The notes under the pieces: generated by a model
What the model saw: only the letters and a program-made list of their open reading frames with translations
The model's database searches: none
Told to the model about the DNA's origin: nothing
NCBI GenBank assembly: GCA_963838315.1
Contig: CAWIQW010000021.1
Span: 72,561 to 136,560 of the forward strand
Reading direction: 5' to 3'
DNA length: 64,000 nucleotides
Source of the DNA: an uncultured Acidobacteriaceae bacterium
GTDB lineage: Bacteria > Acidobacteriota > Terriglobia > Terriglobales > Acidobacteriaceae
Made by a program: the position numbers and the translations under genes
Shown: positions 9,371 through 19,189 of the stretch, piece after piece
Numbering within the stretch: the stretch's first letter is position 1
How the letters are laid out: each line of letters opens with the position of its first letter

Positions 9371-9424
9371 ATAGAAAGAAAAAAAGCCCTGCCCGAGCTG
9401 GATCTTCGCCAGCTCGGGCAGGGC
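9371..9424 (-). terminator. intrinsic terminator of gene 9445..11052
   Basis: Perfect 16-bp stem (9386..9401 / 9409..9424) with a 7-nt loop, followed on the minus strand by TTTTTTTCTTTCT. Confidence 0.7.
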
Positions 9425-9444
9425 CTTCCAGTTCCTGGAAAATC

Positions 9445-11052
9445 CTATTGCAACCCGTTCTGTGTGAATTTATATGCTGTATAGGCCCCCTCGGCAGTCA
9501 GATAAATGCTTGACGCTTGCCCGAGAGTGCTGTAATTGTCGACCACAATCCCGCTCGGGCCTCCACTGACGGCAGCGGTGACGAGTGGAGCAACGTCGGT
9601 CGTACGCTCCACGACACATCCCGATGCGCCCACGCAATTGGCTGTCAATCCGAAGAAAAAGTAGTCGGTTCCATCGTTGATGTTGGGGTTATAGAACTCC
9701 GTCCATGCAGTACAAGAGGCGGTAGCGTTGACCAATTGCGCCGAAAATACCGGTGTGGTGTTCATGGTTCGGCCGGTGAACCCGAAGGAATACTGCCAGG
9801 GAGTAGTGTCGGACGCGCCCGTTCCGCAGAGACGTATCACTCCATCGGGCTTCTCCATGTAGTAATCATTGCTGAACGCAGGTTGTGGAATGGCCAATGC
9901 AGTTCCACCGGAAGATCCTTCTCCGATGCGGCCCTTGGCCAGTTGCGTGAGAGTGTTGGTGTCCACCTCGACGAGAACCGCCGAAGTACCGTCATCGGCG
10001 CTGGTAACAAAAGTCGTCCCGTAGGTGAGATCGACCAGAGGCGGGGCATTGACTCCCGCGCTGCTGCTGCTGTGGGTTCCAATCGGAAGCACGGCCAGCG
10101 CCCCGGTGCTGACATTGATCTGATAAAGATTGCCGTTCGCGCTCCCGACCATCAGCATGCCTAGAATGCTGTCCAAGACCGGCGGACTAAGATGGTGGCC
10201 GCTGCTGACCGTAATCGGCCAGGGGGATCCGGCAAGCGTGGGCGTTCCCCGGAAGACGCCCGTGATTTTGTACATCAGGCCGCCATCGGCGCCAACATAC
10301 ACGGTGTCATTTGTGTAATCAATCCATGGTGAGGAAGTGGTGCTGCTGGTCGTCGCGGAGTAGGTGAGAGAAGTCATCGTGGGAGTGGCGGGAGCAGTGA
10401 TCGTCCCCTGTCCGGCAGTCCATGTGAGGACATGGAAAATCGCGGATTTGGCTGCCGATTCCACGTACGCGATCTTGGTCCCGTCCAGCGAAATGATGGG
10501 AGAGACATTGATCTTGCTGCCAGTCACAGTGCTGCCGTTGTACGCGAACATCACGGTTGGGGTGGCGCCGCAAATTCCTCCCGAACCGGCATAGAGATTG
10601 TTGACTCCGACCAGGTTGGCCTGTTTGCCGGCGATCCCGGGGGTAGTCAATCCGAAGACCACAAAGTCATTCGCGCAACTGGGCGTGGCGGCGGGATCGA
10701 ACGTGTACTTGGCAGGATACATGTTCGCGGATACACGGCCCTTGACCAGATTGATGCTCCAGTCGCGATCTTGAGCCGCGGGAGCAGTTCCGCGTTCGAG
10801 GCCACGGAAATAGTTAGTGCCGGAGCCTTGCAGACGCTGCATGAGCTGATGCTGAACACGCGGCTCCTGGTAGATCAAATTCGGATGATTGGCGAGCTGG
10901 CTGAGGCTGAACACAATGTTGTGATCGGACCAGTCTTGCGGAACTCCGACGTGCCGCGGAGCAGCCGCTTGCTGAGCCCAAAGACATGGCGTGAGGAACA
11001 GAAATCCCACGCACCAAGCTGCCATCGCACCATAGGGACGATTCGCCTTCAC
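9445..11052 (-). CDS. secreted hypothetical protein (about 535 aa, Gly/Thr/Ser-rich, possibly beta-propeller)
   Basis: GTG at 11052 has GGAGG 5 nt upstream. The signal peptide is KANRPYGAMAAWCVGFLFLTPCLWAQQ. The upstream part of ORF 9445..11370 looks non-coding. Confidence 0.65.
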   Translation of the reverse strand: MKANRPYGAMAAWCVGFLFLTPCLWAQQAAAPRHVGVPQDWSDHNIVFSLSQLANHPNLIYQEPRVQHQLMQRLQGSGTNYFRGLERGTAPAAQDRDWSINLVKGRVSANMYPAKYTFDPAATPSCANDFVVFGLTTPGIAGKQANLVGVNNLYAGSGGICGATPTVMFAYNGSTVTGSKINVSPIISLDGTKIAYVESAAKSAIFHVLTWTAGQGTITAPATPTMTSLTYSATTSSTTSSPWIDYTNDTVYVGADGGLMYKITGVFRGTPTLAGSPWPITVSSGHHLSPPVLDSILGMLMVGSANGNLYQINVSTGALAVLPIGTHSSSSAGVNAPPLVDLTYGTTFVTSADDGTSAVLVEVDTNTLTQLAKGRIGEGSSGGTALAIPQPAFSNDYYMEKPDGVIRLCGTGASDTTPWQYSFGFTGRTMNTTPVFSAQLVNATASCTAWTEFYNPNINDGTDYFFFGLTANCVGASGCVVERTTDVAPLVTAAVSGGPSGIVVDNYSTLGQASSIYLTAEGAYTAYKFTQNGLQ

Positions 11053-11343
11053 ATCTGCCTCCAGTTGCTGTTGATTTTTTGCTATTGTAGCCGCTTTTAA
11101 ACGCGAAAGGGAGGTAACTGATTTTAGACGCGGATCGTGCGCCGGGAAGCACTCTGATGGTCTGGCTCCCGACAGAAAACCAGGCCTGCGAATCGGACCC
11201 CTTCGACTCTGAACGGTGGTCGCCTTGGGGGATTGCCGCGCTCCACTTCCGGATGGCATGGCACGGGGAGAGCCTCGACAGGACATTTCCGATTCCCCGC
11301 TCCTTATGGAACAATGCAACCATCGGGGCGCTTGTACTCTTTC

Positions 11344-12090
11344 ATGACCTTCACGCCAAACAGCCTCCATCTCGCTCTGCTTTCAGCCGCGATCCTGGGC
11401 TTTCATCATGGATTCGACTATGACCACATCGCCGCGATCACAGACATCACCAGTGTTCAACTCGACCGCTGGCGGGGCATGCGGCTGGGACTGCTCTACG
11501 CGATGGGTCACGCCGCAACCGTGTCCGTGCTGGGGAGCGCAGTGATTGTTTTCCAACTCTCGTTGCCGCGCGGCATGGACCGCATCGCGGAACGCCTCGT
11601 CGGAATAACCCTGCTGGTACTTGGGATCTACGTTCTGGGTTCGCTCTTTAAAGGAAATCCCGCGCCACGCAGCCGATTTCACATTTTGGCGAAAGCTCTG
11701 CGCTGGGTGCATTGGAAGATGAAGAGTTACTGGCACGAGCATGAGATACCCGCGCCCGAAGACAAGACCTGGAATTACGATCCGAAGTCTGTCGTAATTA
11801 TCGGAGTGGTGCACGGGCTAGGAGCGGAAACGCCCAGCCAGTTAATGATTTTTCTCCTGGCGGCAAACCTTGGCGGAATGAGCAAAGGCTTTCTGGGTCT
11901 GGGCATGTTTATTAGCGGCCTGCTGGTAATGAATACAATCATGACGGCGTTGGCCGTGGGCCTTTTCGGCGTCAGTTCGCGGCTGCCCCGCTTCCAGATT
12001 GTGGTGACTGCACTCACCGCAATTTACAGCCTGGCGGTCGGAGCGTTGTTCCTCTTCGGGTCTTCCAGTCTTCTGCCACCTCTGGGATAA
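11344..12090 (+). CDS. nickel/cobalt transporter, NiCoT/NicO family
   Basis: HX4DH signature (HHGFDYDH) in the first helix, then GHAATV, VVHGLGAETPSQ, and multiple TM helices. Confidence 0.8.
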   Translation: MTFTPNSLHLALLSAAILGFHHGFDYDHIAAITDITSVQLDRWRGMRLGLLYAMGHAATVSVLGSAVIVFQLSLPRGMDRIAERLVGITLLVLGIYVLGSLFKGNPAPRSRFHILAKALRWVHWKMKSYWHEHEIPAPEDKTWNYDPKSVVIIGVVHGLGAETPSQLMIFLLAANLGGMSKGFLGLGMFISGLLVMNTIMTALAVGLFGVSSRLPRFQIVVTALTAIYSLAVGALFLFGSSSLLPPLG

Positions 12091-12242
12091 GGCGACTGGC
12101 AGGGGTTTCCACAATAACCATCCCGCAGTCACGAATTCGGAAGATTGCTCAACTAATTACCTGAACAAGCAATAAAATCTAGTCAGATACGCGGCCCTAG
12201 TAATACAATGCCGACGTAGTTACCCGAGGGGGTACTCTTTAA

Positions 12243-12485
12243 ATGACCAACATTGCCAAGGCTATAGCCCGGCTCCGCGAGGAACGCCGGGATGCACAGA
12301 ACCAGGTCCAGAAACTGGGGGAAGCTATTTCGGTCCTCGAAAAGCTAACCCGGGGTTCGGGAATCAGCATGAGCACCGGTATGCCGCGAGCGAAGCGTAT
12401 TCTCTCCGCGGCCGGTCGCCGGAGAATTTCGCTGGCGCAGAAAGCGCGCTGGGCGAAACTCAGGCAGACCAAGAAAGCCGCCTGA
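12243..12485 (+). CDS. small basic coiled-coil protein, hypothetical
   Basis: 80 aa with a GAGGGGG RBS-like element upstream. The N-terminus is a helical heptad region. The C-terminus is Lys/Arg-rich (AQKARWAKLRQTKKAA). Confidence 0.5.
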   Translation: MTNIAKAIARLREERRDAQNQVQKLGEAISVLEKLTRGSGISMSTGMPRAKRILSAAGRRRISLAQKARWAKLRQTKKAA

Positions 12486-12631
12486 AGATCGGCGGGCCAC
12501 AGTCTCGTGATTCGTGCTTCGCGAGACTGAAGTCCGCCACTTTCGGGCCGGGAATCGACCCACACTTCTCGCTCTTACCTCCAACGGGCCCACCTTCCGA
12601 ACCCACGGAGCCAGCAGACAGAACAGCCAAG

Positions 12632-14029
12632 CTAGGCGTGTCCTCCGCCAAGCTCGCGCACAATACTGCCTACGAAGGCTTTCGCGTCTCCGAAGAGCAT
12701 GAGGTTGTTATCCAGGTAATAGAGCGGGTTATCGATTCCGGCAAACCCGGGATTCATGCTGCGCTTGATGACCATGACGGTGTGCGCCTTATCGACGTCG
12801 AGAATGGGCATGCCGTAAATGGGGCTGGAAGCATCGGATCGGGCAGCGGGATTGGTAACGTCGTTGGCGCCGATGACCAGCGCGACATCGGTTTGCGGGA
12901 AGTCGCCGTTGATCTCATCCATCTCGATGAGCCGGTCATAAGGAATGTCCGCTTCGGCCAGGAGCACATTCATGTGTCCGGGCATACGGCCGGCAACGGG
13001 ATGGATCGCGAAGCGGACATCGACGCCACGCTTGGTCAAAGCGTCGTAAAGTTCGCGTACCTTGTGCTGCGCCTGCGCCACAGCCATGCCATACCCCGGA
13101 ACCACGATCACGCGGTTCGCGGCCGATAGAATCGCAGCCGCTTCTTCGGGCGTCGCGCTGCGCACCGGCTTCGCTTCTTCTCCGGCGGCGGCTGCCGCCT
13201 GCACCTGCCCGAACGCTCCAAACAAGACGTTGGTGAAGGACCGATTCATGGCCTTCGACATGATGATCGAGAGGATGAGTCCCGAGGAACCATCGAGCGC
13301 GCCGGCGATGATCAGCAACTTGCTGTCGAGCACGAAGCCCATGGCCGCGGCTGAAAGTCCGGCATAGCCGTTCAACAGCGAAATGACGGTGGGCATATCG
13401 GCTCCCCCGATCGGGATGATCAGCAGCACGCCGAATGCAAGTGCGATCAGAACCATGAACGGAAACAAAGAACGGTGTTCAGGGTGCACCACGAGCGTCA
13501 CGGCAATCACTAAAGCAACGGCAAGCAGCAAAAAGTTGACGAGGTTCTGTCCCTTATAAGTCAGGGGACGCTGCGGCAGGATCTCCTGTAGCTTGCCGGC
13601 CGCCATCAGGCTGCCCGTCACGGTCAGGCCACCGAGGATGACCTCAATCGAGAGCACGGACATCATGAAGCGCGAAATGTCGGGGGTGCGCAGATAAAAT
13701 TCCGCCGACCCGACCAGCGTGACGCAGAGCGCTCCGAAGGCATGGCTAAGGGCGGTTCGCTGGGGGACCGCGGTCATGGCGACGCGGCCGAGCGGCACTC
13801 CGATGATCGCACCGAGCACAAGCGCAATCGCGATCATGCGGTAGTCATGCAGGCCGTTGCGCAGAAGAGTGCCGACAATCGCCAGCAGCATGCCGGATTC
13901 CCCGGCCCAGATGCCGTGGCGCGCCGTGGTGGGCGAACTCATCCATTTCAGCGAGAGTATGAACAAAACGCTCGCGATCAGATACAGAATTTCAATGGCG
14001 ACTTGACTGCCTGCGAATTCAGGACTCAT
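12632..14029 (-). CDS. pntB: NAD(P) transhydrogenase subunit beta
   Basis: Polytopic N-terminal half plus a C-terminal NADP(H)-binding domain (VPGYGMAVAQAQH...GANDVTNPAA). Its ATG overlaps the stop of the upstream gene. Confidence 0.93.
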   Translation of the reverse strand: MSPEFAGSQVAIEILYLIASVLFILSLKWMSSPTTARHGIWAGESGMLLAIVGTLLRNGLHDYRMIAIALVLGAIIGVPLGRVAMTAVPQRTALSHAFGALCVTLVGSAEFYLRTPDISRFMMSVLSIEVILGGLTVTGSLMAAGKLQEILPQRPLTYKGQNLVNFLLLAVALVIAVTLVVHPEHRSLFPFMVLIALAFGVLLIIPIGGADMPTVISLLNGYAGLSAAAMGFVLDSKLLIIAGALDGSSGLILSIIMSKAMNRSFTNVLFGAFGQVQAAAAAGEEAKPVRSATPEEAAAILSAANRVIVVPGYGMAVAQAQHKVRELYDALTKRGVDVRFAIHPVAGRMPGHMNVLLAEADIPYDRLIEMDEINGDFPQTDVALVIGANDVTNPAARSDASSPIYGMPILDVDKAHTVMVIKRSMNPGFAGIDNPLYYLDNNLMLFGDAKAFVGSIVRELGGGHA

Positions 14030-14331
14030 GATTTGGCCGCGGGACGGCTGGATTTGAACATCTTCAACATACGATCGGTAATCAGGAAACCGCCCACGAT
14101 ATTGCTGGTGGCAGCGACCACCGCGATGAAACCGAAGATGGCGGCCAGTTGGCTCTTGTGCTCGCCCACCAGCACGATCGCGCCGACCACGGCAATCGCA
14201 TCCAGAGCATTGGTGAGAGACATCAGCGGCGTGTGGAGGAGCGGCGATACGCGCCGGATCACCTCGAAGCCGATAAATCCGGCCAGCACGAAAATGAAAA
14301 GTGCGTTAATCAGGTTCGAACTGCTGTTCAT
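14026..14331 (-). CDS. pntA: NAD(P) transhydrogenase subunit alpha part 2 (membrane)
   Basis: 101 aa with three TM helices. It is PntAB-like and sits between pntAA and pntB. Confidence 0.9.
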   Translation of the reverse strand: MNSSSNLINALFIFVLAGFIGFEVIRRVSPLLHTPLMSLTNALDAIAVVGAIVLVGEHKSQLAAIFGFIAVVAATSNIVGGFLITDRMLKMFKSSRPAAKS

Positions 14332-14382
14332 CTTTACTCTTTCCTCCGTTTGAAACTTCCGACGTCCTTCGCGAACACGTCT

Positions 14383-15555
14383 TCAGCCTTGCGTGGCCAA
14401 CGCGGGTAGTTTGAATAGCTCGCGTACCCGCGGTTGCTGAATTTCGCCGCCGCTGGTAACCAGAGTCTCACGCACAATTTCGTCCTCCAGATTCAGATTC
14501 ATCTTCTGATCCTTAATAAGGTGCGTAAGGAACGACGTGATATTTCGGGAGTACATCATGCTCGCGTGATAAGGCACACCACTGGCCAGGTTGATGGCGC
14601 CAACGATGGTCACTCCGTGTTTGACTGAAGTCTTACCAGCTTCGGTAATGTCGCAGTTGCCGCCGCGTTCGGCGGCCAGGTCGACAATCACGGAGCCCAG
14701 CGCCATGCCCTTCACCATCTCCTCGGTAACGAGGATGGGCGCTTTTTTACCGGGGATGACGGCGGTGGTAATAACCACGTCGCTCTCCTGCACAACCTTC
14801 CCGAGCAACTCGCGCTGGCGGCGGTAGAAATCTTCATCCTGCGCGCGGGCATATCCGCGGGCATCCTGAGCATCTTTCGCCTCAATCGGCAGTTCGACGA
14901 AGCGACCGCCCAAACTCTGTACCTGCTCCTTGGCCGCCGGCCGCAGGTCGTAGGCGGAAATCACCGCTCCCAGACGGCGTGCGGTCGCCAAAGCCTGCAA
15001 TCCCGCCACGCCACAGCCGATCACAAACACGCGCGCGGGCGTCACCGTACCAGCCGCGGTGGTAAGCATCGGAAAGATGCGCGGGTGTGAGTCGGCGGCC
15101 ATCAGCACGGCCTTGTATCCACAGACGGTTGCCATGGAGGAAAGCGCGTCCATGCTCTGCGCGCGGGTGGTGCGAGGCATCAACTCCACGGAAAACGAGG
15201 TGACTCCGGCCTGCGCGATCGCCTGCACGGTTTCCAGCGAGCCAAACGGGCGGAGAAACCCGACGAGTATCTGATTCCGCCGGTACAACGGAACATCCTG
15301 CTGTCCGTTGACATCATTGGAGCCGTAGCAAAGCACCTGCGCGATGATGTCGGCGGCGGCAAACACGGCAGCCCGATCCGCGACAATCTTGCCGCCTTTC
15401 TCGACATAGAGGGAATCGGGATAGCCGGCTTCGAGTCCGGCGCCCGATTGAATATGAATTTCAAACCCGGCTTTGGTCAGCGTCGGAAGAATCGACGGCA
15501 CCAGAGCAACCCGCCGCTCGCCTGGATAAATCTCTTTTGGAATACCAATGATCAC
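14383..15555 (-). CDS. pntA: NAD(P) transhydrogenase subunit alpha part 1 (AlaDH-like dI domain)
   Basis: MIIGIPKEIYPGERRVAL... and the VIGCGVAGLQA Rossmann motif. GTG start. Confidence 0.92.
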   Translation of the reverse strand: MIIGIPKEIYPGERRVALVPSILPTLTKAGFEIHIQSGAGLEAGYPDSLYVEKGGKIVADRAAVFAAADIIAQVLCYGSNDVNGQQDVPLYRRNQILVGFLRPFGSLETVQAIAQAGVTSFSVELMPRTTRAQSMDALSSMATVCGYKAVLMAADSHPRIFPMLTTAAGTVTPARVFVIGCGVAGLQALATARRLGAVISAYDLRPAAKEQVQSLGGRFVELPIEAKDAQDARGYARAQDEDFYRRQRELLGKVVQESDVVITTAVIPGKKAPILVTEEMVKGMALGSVIVDLAAERGGNCDITEAGKTSVKHGVTIVGAINLASGVPYHASMMYSRNITSFLTHLIKDQKMNLNLEDEIVRETLVTSGGEIQQPRVRELFKLPALATQG

Positions 15556-15690
15556 GTAATCCCGCCTGTCTGCCGATTTTTCCTGTCTTGCAGTTTCAAT
15601 GTCGCGTCAACCCGACCGCCACGAACCGAGGATTTTAGTTGAGCGGATGAAAGCGGCGCAAATAATGCTCTTATCGAAGACTGCGAAAGT

Positions 15691-16347
15691 TCAAAGTGCG
15701 AGGTCGAGCAGCAGTCCTTCCGCTCCGCTGCGCGCGTCGATGTCTTTACAGTTTCGCACAATCCAATCTGCTCCAGCCTCTTGGAGTTCGCCTCGCGCCA
15801 TGGTTGTAGTGAACGCGATCACACGGCAGCCCGCGGCTTTTCCCGCCAGAATTCCCGCCGGCGCGTCTTCTACGACAACGCAATCAGCCGGAGCACAGTT
15901 GAGCGCGGCGGCGGCCTTCAAATAGGGCTCGGGGTGTGGCTTCCCAATCTTCACATCGCTGGAAGTAATCATCGTCCTGGGAACCGGCAGGCCGGCGGCA
16001 CGCAGCCGAACCTCAGCCAGCGGACGCGTACACGAGGTCGCAATCGTCCAGCGATCCGCAGGCAGACTATCCAGCAGTGCGCGAGCTCCGGGCAACAGGA
16101 CGACGCCGTCAAGGTCGGCCATTTCCCTGCGCTCCACTTCACGATCTTCCAATTCGATATCGGCGTCCGGCAGCAGTTCCCGAATCGTCGTGCGGCTGGG
16201 GCGTCCGTGCGCCATCTGTACGACCGCCTCGGGTTCAAGCCCGCGCTCGATCGCCCATGTGCGCCACACGCGCGCGACGGCGGGAGTGGAATCGATCAAT
16301 ACACCGTCCATGTCAAACAGCAATCCGCAGCAGCGAGTGGTTGTCAT
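15691..16347 (-). CDS. HAD-superfamily hydrolase (beta-phosphoglucomutase/phosphatase-like)
   Basis: Motif I LLFDMDGVLIDS, a later S/T motif, and VVEDAPAGILAGKAAG (motif IV). Confidence 0.85.
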   Translation of the reverse strand: MTTTRCCGLLFDMDGVLIDSTPAVARVWRTWAIERGLEPEAVVQMAHGRPSRTTIRELLPDADIELEDREVERREMADLDGVVLLPGARALLDSLPADRWTIATSCTRPLAEVRLRAAGLPVPRTMITSSDVKIGKPHPEPYLKAAAALNCAPADCVVVEDAPAGILAGKAAGCRVIAFTTTMARGELQEAGADWIVRNCKDIDARSGAEGLLLDLAL

Positions 16348-16381
16348 TTAATTTTTGCGCGATTGGAGTGCAAAACAGTGA

Positions 16382-16400
16382 GGCCCTCTTGCGGAGGGCC
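16382..16400 (-). terminator. possible terminator after tRNA-Lys
   Basis: 7-bp stem GGCCCTC/GAGGGCC with a 5-nt loop. On the minus strand it is followed by CACTGTTTTGC, a weak U-tract. Confidence 0.35.
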
Positions 16401-16418
16401 ATTTCAAGCCGGTTGAAT

Positions 16419-16494
16419 TGGTGAGCGCGGCAGGAATCGAACCTGCGACCCACGCCTTAAAAGGGCGTTGCTCTACCAACTGAGCTACGCGCCC
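16419..16494 (-). tRNA. tRNA-Lys (anticodon UUU)
   Basis: The reverse complement folds as a cloverleaf. Acceptor GGGCGCG/CGCGCTC, D-arm GCTCAGTTGGTAGAGC, anticodon loop CTTTTAA, T-arm GCAGGTTCGATTCCTGC. The CCA end is encoded. Confidence 0.93.
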
Positions 16495-16761
16495 TCACCT
16501 GTCGCAATTGCCGGAATAAAAAACACTCCCTGACTTCTGCCCGACTACCAGGACCCTTTCTGCTCCGACGTCCGTGGCAGTCTCAGTTGGTTTTTTATGG
16601 CCAGCGGGGAACAGTATAACAGCTTCCTGGCGCTTCCTCTGGATCGCAGAGACCGCCGAAGGCGCAATTTGGGCGGACGCACCGATCGTTTGAATAAAAA
16701 TAGCGGCGTCCGCCGGAAGCTGGTATGACCTGCCATGGCAAACGCGATACACTCTGCATGA

Positions 16762-17487
16762 ATGCGGCTTCATCCATTGTCAAAGGCGCGGGTTGCGCTC
16801 GCTCTCTGCGCGCTTCTGCTGCCTGCAATTGCGCACGCGAGGAAAAAGCAAATGCCCGCCGTGCGCTGGGCCTCGGGCGCACCCGGCTGCACGTTCGAGC
16901 GCGGAGACGATGGCCGCTATCGCTGGACCATGAGCGATCAGGACCTGGAGGTTACTCTGCTGGTTGATTCCCAGGAGTTGACCAAAAGCCGGCGCCGCTT
17001 CTATGGCGTCCTCGGGTTGTACGTCACTGTGACCTACAAAGGCGCGGGCAAATTTGAGTTCCCCGCCGACCTGCGCATGGATTTCGTTCGCCATCATGAC
17101 GTGATGGAAGCTTACGAGGACCCCACCGAACTGCAGAATCGCCTGCAGAACGACGTGGACACAAAAATCTTCGTGACCGAGCGCGAAATCAAGAAGCACC
17201 CCGAACAGGCTGAAGAAAAAACCGCGCTGCTGCGGCAATACCAGAAGGAAGCCGCTATATTCATCGAATTTCTGACGTCACAATATATCCAGCCCGCCAC
17301 GCTCACCCCCGGCAATCCCGAAACCCACGGCTGGGTTTTCTTTCGGACCAGAAATAAATGGATCGGACCTTGGAAAGAGCACGAGGATTTCATCCTGAAC
17401 GTGTGGATGAAAGACAAGATCTGGCAGTTCCCATTTTCGCTGCCTCCCTCGCCGGGCGACCTCATCCTGCGGAAACCGGAGGACTAG
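16762..17487 (+). CDS. secreted hypothetical protein
   Basis: Signal peptide MRLHPLSKARVALALCALLLPAIAHA. I recognise no domain. Confidence 0.55.
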   Translation: MRLHPLSKARVALALCALLLPAIAHARKKQMPAVRWASGAPGCTFERGDDGRYRWTMSDQDLEVTLLVDSQELTKSRRRFYGVLGLYVTVTYKGAGKFEFPADLRMDFVRHHDVMEAYEDPTELQNRLQNDVDTKIFVTEREIKKHPEQAEEKTALLRQYQKEAAIFIEFLTSQYIQPATLTPGNPETHGWVFFRTRNKWIGPWKEHEDFILNVWMKDKIWQFPFSLPPSPGDLILRKPED

Positions 17488-17552
17488 GCAAAGTTCTGTG
17501 CGTTTGCTCTCCGTGCGGATTTCCACGCCAGTTGTGTTACATTCCCTAGCTC

Positions 17553-17720
17553 ATGGAGTCCGCTTCAAAACCGGCATCCCAGCAGCCCTCCGTGGTGCTC
17601 TACTGTCCGGTCTGCGCGACGGAAGTTACCGATCCGCTGACCTGCGGCGACTGCTCGGCAATCATCTGCCGGCGCTGCGGAACTCCGCTGGAATCTTCCG
17701 ATGAACTGGCCATGGGCTAG
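17553..17720 (+). CDS. small zinc-ribbon protein (55 aa), below the ORF-track cutoff
   Basis: Translation: MESASKPASQQPSVVLYCPVCATEVTDPLTCGDCSAIICRRCGTPLESSDELAMG*, with three CxxC pairs. It ends 5 nt before the permease ATG. No clear SD. Confidence 0.45.
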   Translation: MESASKPASQQPSVVLYCPVCATEVTDPLTCGDCSAIICRRCGTPLESSDELAMG

Positions 17721-17725
17721 CTTGC

Positions 17726-19159
17726 ATGAACCCCGCTCCCGTGTCCGCGCCTCCCGAGATATCAGCCACTAGCGAAAAGCCAAGCCTGGTCCGCGGACTG
17801 AGTCTGCTCGACTCGGTGTTGCTGCTGGTGAGCGGCATCATCGGCTCGTCGATTTTCCTGACCGCCAAGGACATTGCAGTCCCGCTGCCCAATCCCAAAT
17901 TGTTCTTTCTGGTGTGGGTGCTGGGTGGATTGATTTCGCTTTGCGCCTGCGTCGCCTTCGCCGAACTGGGTTCGATGTTCCCTGATTCCGGTGGCCAGTA
18001 CATTTATCTGCGCGAGGCCTACGGCGACCTCGTCGCCTTTCTCTATGGCTGGATGCTGTTCGCGGTCGCCAATGGCGGTACGATCGCCGCGCTTTCCGTG
18101 GCCTCGGCGGCCTACATGGGTAACCTGCTCCCTGCCATTTCTGAAAAGCACGTAATTTTCTCTGCGGCTGGCGTCGTATTCACCCGGACACACTTCGTGG
18201 GGCTGGCGCTCATCGTCATTCTGACCCTCGTCAACGTCTTCGGACTGCGCTGGGGTGCGCTTCTGCAAAACGTTTCGACATGGACAAAGTTCGCGGCCAT
18301 GGCCGTCTTTGTCGTGCTCGGATTCGCCATCGGCAAAGGCCACTGGTCTGACTTCAGCGCGCAGGCGCCCGGCGGAATCACCATGGGACTCAGTCCCGGC
18401 CAGTTGATATCCGCACTCGGCGTGGGAATGATCGCCGTCTTCTGGGCGTATGACGGATGGGTCTACATCACCTGGGTTGCCGGTGAAGTGAAAGAGCCAA
18501 GGCGCAATGTGCCGCTGGCCATGGTGTTGGGAGTGTTGGCCGTAGGCGCGATCTATCTCGCGATGAACATGACCTATGTCTACGCGATGCCTCTCAGCGA
18601 AGTGGCGAAGTACGAAACCATCGCGCACGCGGCGGCAACGGCTCTGTTCTCCCCGGGCGCAGCGAATTGGCTGTCCGCGATGATCGCAATTTCCTGTTTC
18701 AGCGCCGCGGCCACCTGCACACTGTCAGGCGCGCGCGTTTATCTCGCCATGGCACAGGATGGCGTTTTCTTCCGCCGCATGGCGGTCATCCACCCCAAGT
18801 GGCGCACCCCCGCCTTCAGCCTCATCGGACAGGGCGTCTGGGCCGCGCTCCTCACCATGACCGGACGCTACGACCAGCTCTACACCTATGTCATCTTCGG
18901 CATGGTGCTCTCGTACACGCTCACGGTGATCGGCCTTTTTCTGCTGCGCTGGAGAAGGCCGGACATCCCACGCCCCTATCGCTGCACCGGCTACCCATGG
19001 CTGCCGGGAATTTATGTTCTGATCGGCGTCGCATGGACGCTGAACACGATCATCACTCGTCCTACCGAAGCAGTCTGGGGCGCGACGATCGTGCTGCTCG
19101 GAGTGCCGGGGTATCTCTACTGGAAGCACGGCCGTCGTAAGATATCCACTACCCAGTAG
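17726..19159 (+). CDS. APC-family amino acid permease
   Basis: 477 aa with about 12 TM helices and APC-type N-terminal motifs (GSSIFLT..., GGQYIYLREAYG). Confidence 0.88.
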   Translation: MNPAPVSAPPEISATSEKPSLVRGLSLLDSVLLLVSGIIGSSIFLTAKDIAVPLPNPKLFFLVWVLGGLISLCACVAFAELGSMFPDSGGQYIYLREAYGDLVAFLYGWMLFAVANGGTIAALSVASAAYMGNLLPAISEKHVIFSAAGVVFTRTHFVGLALIVILTLVNVFGLRWGALLQNVSTWTKFAAMAVFVVLGFAIGKGHWSDFSAQAPGGITMGLSPGQLISALGVGMIAVFWAYDGWVYITWVAGEVKEPRRNVPLAMVLGVLAVGAIYLAMNMTYVYAMPLSEVAKYETIAHAAATALFSPGAANWLSAMIAISCFSAAATCTLSGARVYLAMAQDGVFFRRMAVIHPKWRTPAFSLIGQGVWAALLTMTGRYDQLYTYVIFGMVLSYTLTVIGLFLLRWRRPDIPRPYRCTGYPWLPGIYVLIGVAWTLNTIITRPTEAVWGATIVLLGVPGYLYWKHGRRKISTTQ

Positions 19160-19189
19160 GCAATACTTCCGCTTTCTCAGGAGATTTGT

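Noticed and set aside
11053-11343. Possible cobalamin or NiCo (czcD-type) riboswitch upstream of the NiCoT transporter
   Set aside because: The leader has hairpins and two CGACAG motifs. I could find no B12 box (GCCACTG / AGCCAGGAGACC-type) and no convincing four-way junction. It would need an Infernal scan to revisit.
16419-17487. Genomic island integrated at tRNA-Lys
   Set aside because: There is no integrase, no direct repeat of the tRNA 3' end, and no compositional break that I can see.
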